DNA from: an uncultured Planctomycetaceae bacterium
Lineage (GTDB): Bacteria; Planctomycetota; Planctomycetia; Planctomycetales; Planctomycetaceae
NCBI GenBank assembly: GCA_964506965.1
Contig: CAZDOF010000001.1
Location: 472 to 38,554, forward strand
Direction: 5' to 3'
Length of the DNA: 38,083 nt
Position numbers and translations under genes: made by a program. The stretch's first letter is position 1. The number at the start of each line of letters is the position of its first letter. Shown in pieces: positions 37,054-38,083 of this stretch. Below the pieces are notes generated by a model. It was given only the letters and a program-made list of their open reading frames with translations. It was not told the origin of the DNA and ran no database searches.

Positions 37054-38083
37054 TCATTCAACCGGTGCCCGGGGAGAAGTTGCGGTCGTTGTCGTCGCCG
37101 TCGGCTTTCCAGAACGGTCCACGAGCCAGATGTTGCGGAAGCGGATGGGGTTGCTGTGGTTCTGCAGTTTCGTGGGCAGGGGCAGCGGTCCTTCCGGCTT
37201 GCCCGCCCCCGTCTTTCGCTCGACTTCAAAATCGTCGTGGATCAACACCCCGTTGTGCCATACCGTCAGCCGGGCATTGCCGGTCTTCTTTCCGGCCGAA
37301 TCGAACCTGGCCGTCTTCAGGTCGATGTCGTACGTCTGCCATGACAGGGGGGGTAGACACATGTTTGCCGCCGGCTCACGGTAACGGTAAAGACCACCGC
37401 ACTCGTTGTTCTTCCCGGCCAGGCCAAAGGAATCCAGGATCTGCACCTCGTAGCGACTCTGCAGGTAGACCCCGCTGTTGCCACGACCCTGGCCACGGGC
37501 GTTCGGCATGAATGGCAGTCGAAATTCCAGGTGCAGACGAAAACTCGCATACGCGGCCTTCGTTTCGGTCCCCTCGATCAACAGTCCCTTGTCGGTCATC
37601 TTCCCGCCCTTGAAGTGATCCGTCGATGTTCCGTCAAACAGCACCACGGCCCCGTGAGGCGGTCTCGCACCCAGCGTCGCACTGATTCGATCAACCTTCT
37701 GCAACTCGGCAATCACGCTGTCAATCGACTCGAGATAGAACACGGCCCGATCCTCGGCAACGTGAATCCTCAACGGACCGGACACGAAACGAGCCGCCGG
37801 CCCCCGCCGTGACCCCTTGATCCGCACGCGGGCCTTCCCCGCGGCGCCGGCACCCGGAAGACCGCCGGCATACTCGACCGCCTCAAACTGACCACTGCCC
37901 AACGCGATGACCTGCAGACCTATCGGCCTGTACTCCTGGGACCCCGTCAGCACCCAGCCGACGTACTCACCCTGCAACCGGAAATCCCCACCTGCCGATG
38001 CCGCGTTGGTGAACGTCAACCGCTTCTGGTCTGCATCCTGGGCAATTGCCAAACCACCGGAATCGGCGATCCCGCCCGCGACA
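37054..38083 (-). CDS. DUF1080 (3-keto-disaccharide hydrolase-like) domain protein; the 5' end is probably outside the window.
   Basis: Recognised blocks are VVLFDGTSTDHFKGG, FRLHLEFRLP, GNSGVYLQSRYEVQILDS, ECGGLY, WQTYDI, LTVWHNGVLIHDD and IRFRNIWL. The frame stays open to nt 38083. The listed start is only a TTG. Confidence 0.8.
   Translation of the reverse strand, partial: VAGGIADSGGLAIAQDADQKRLTFTNAASAGGDFRLQGEYVGWVLTGSQEYRPIGLQVIALGSGQFEAVEYAGGLPGAGAAGKARVRIKGSRRGPAARFVSGPLRIHVAEDRAVFYLESIDSVIAELQKVDRISATLGARPPHGAVVLFDGTSTDHFKGGKMTDKGLLIEGTETKAAYASFRLHLEFRLPFMPNARGQGRGNSGVYLQSRYEVQILDSFGLAGKNNECGGLYRYREPAANMCLPPLSWQTYDIDLKTARFDSAGKKTGNARLTVWHNGVLIHDDFEVERKTGAGKPEGPLPLPTKLQNHSNPIRFRNIWLVDRSGKPTATTTTATSPRAPVE

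Overview
This is a 38 kb window of high-GC bacterial chromosome. The gene content (DUF1080 hydrolase, Cys-type sulfatase, very large ORFs, a double-length UvrA as in Chlamydiae, LPS and outer-membrane biogenesis genes) suggests Planctomycetota or another PVC lineage; that is inference only. All calls come from motifs recognised by eye in the supplied translations; no database search was run. I support about 27 protein genes: hemB (3' part), a giant tandem uvrA-uvrA fusion, a DUF368 (PopT-like) membrane protein, an M28 peptidase, a Tyr/His-rich secreted mini-protein, a solitary gamma-class N6-adenine DNA methyltransferase, recO, BamD-like and LptE-like lipoproteins, a sulfatase, ftsY, rhaB, hflX, a flavin reductase, an orphan acidic protein, a bacterial PH-domain membrane protein, a SAMHD1-like HD phosphohydrolase, a tightly coupled four-gene envelope operon (DUF2079, PHP/DUF3604-like hydrolase, YfhO-like, SGNH hydrolase), a Gfo/Idh/MocA oxidoreductase, lpxB, trkH, a small SAM-MTase-like protein and a DUF1080 protein (5' end outside the window). 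I found no rRNA, tRNA, CRISPR array, IS element, integrase or prophage genes. Many long listed ORFs are antisense or off-frame shadows typical of high-GC DNA. Four items seem most worth a second look. (1) The ~2,313-aa UvrA-UvrA fusion carries an unrecognised, internally duplicated ~340-aa C-terminal extension (MPW-x3-GRRWH modules), and a small zinc-ribbon-like ORF upstream ends in TGAcGTG at the likely true uvrA start. (2) A ~580 bp low-GC non-coding island (21429-22006) carries a canonical minus-strand intrinsic terminator upstream of the flavin reductase gene, three to four anti-Shine-Dalgarno-like CACCUC motifs and a 25-codon mini-ORF. (3) The DUF2079/PHP-like/YfhO/SGNH operon may be an uncharacterised envelope glycan-modification module. 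(4) An orphan adenine methyltransferase lies divergent from recO.
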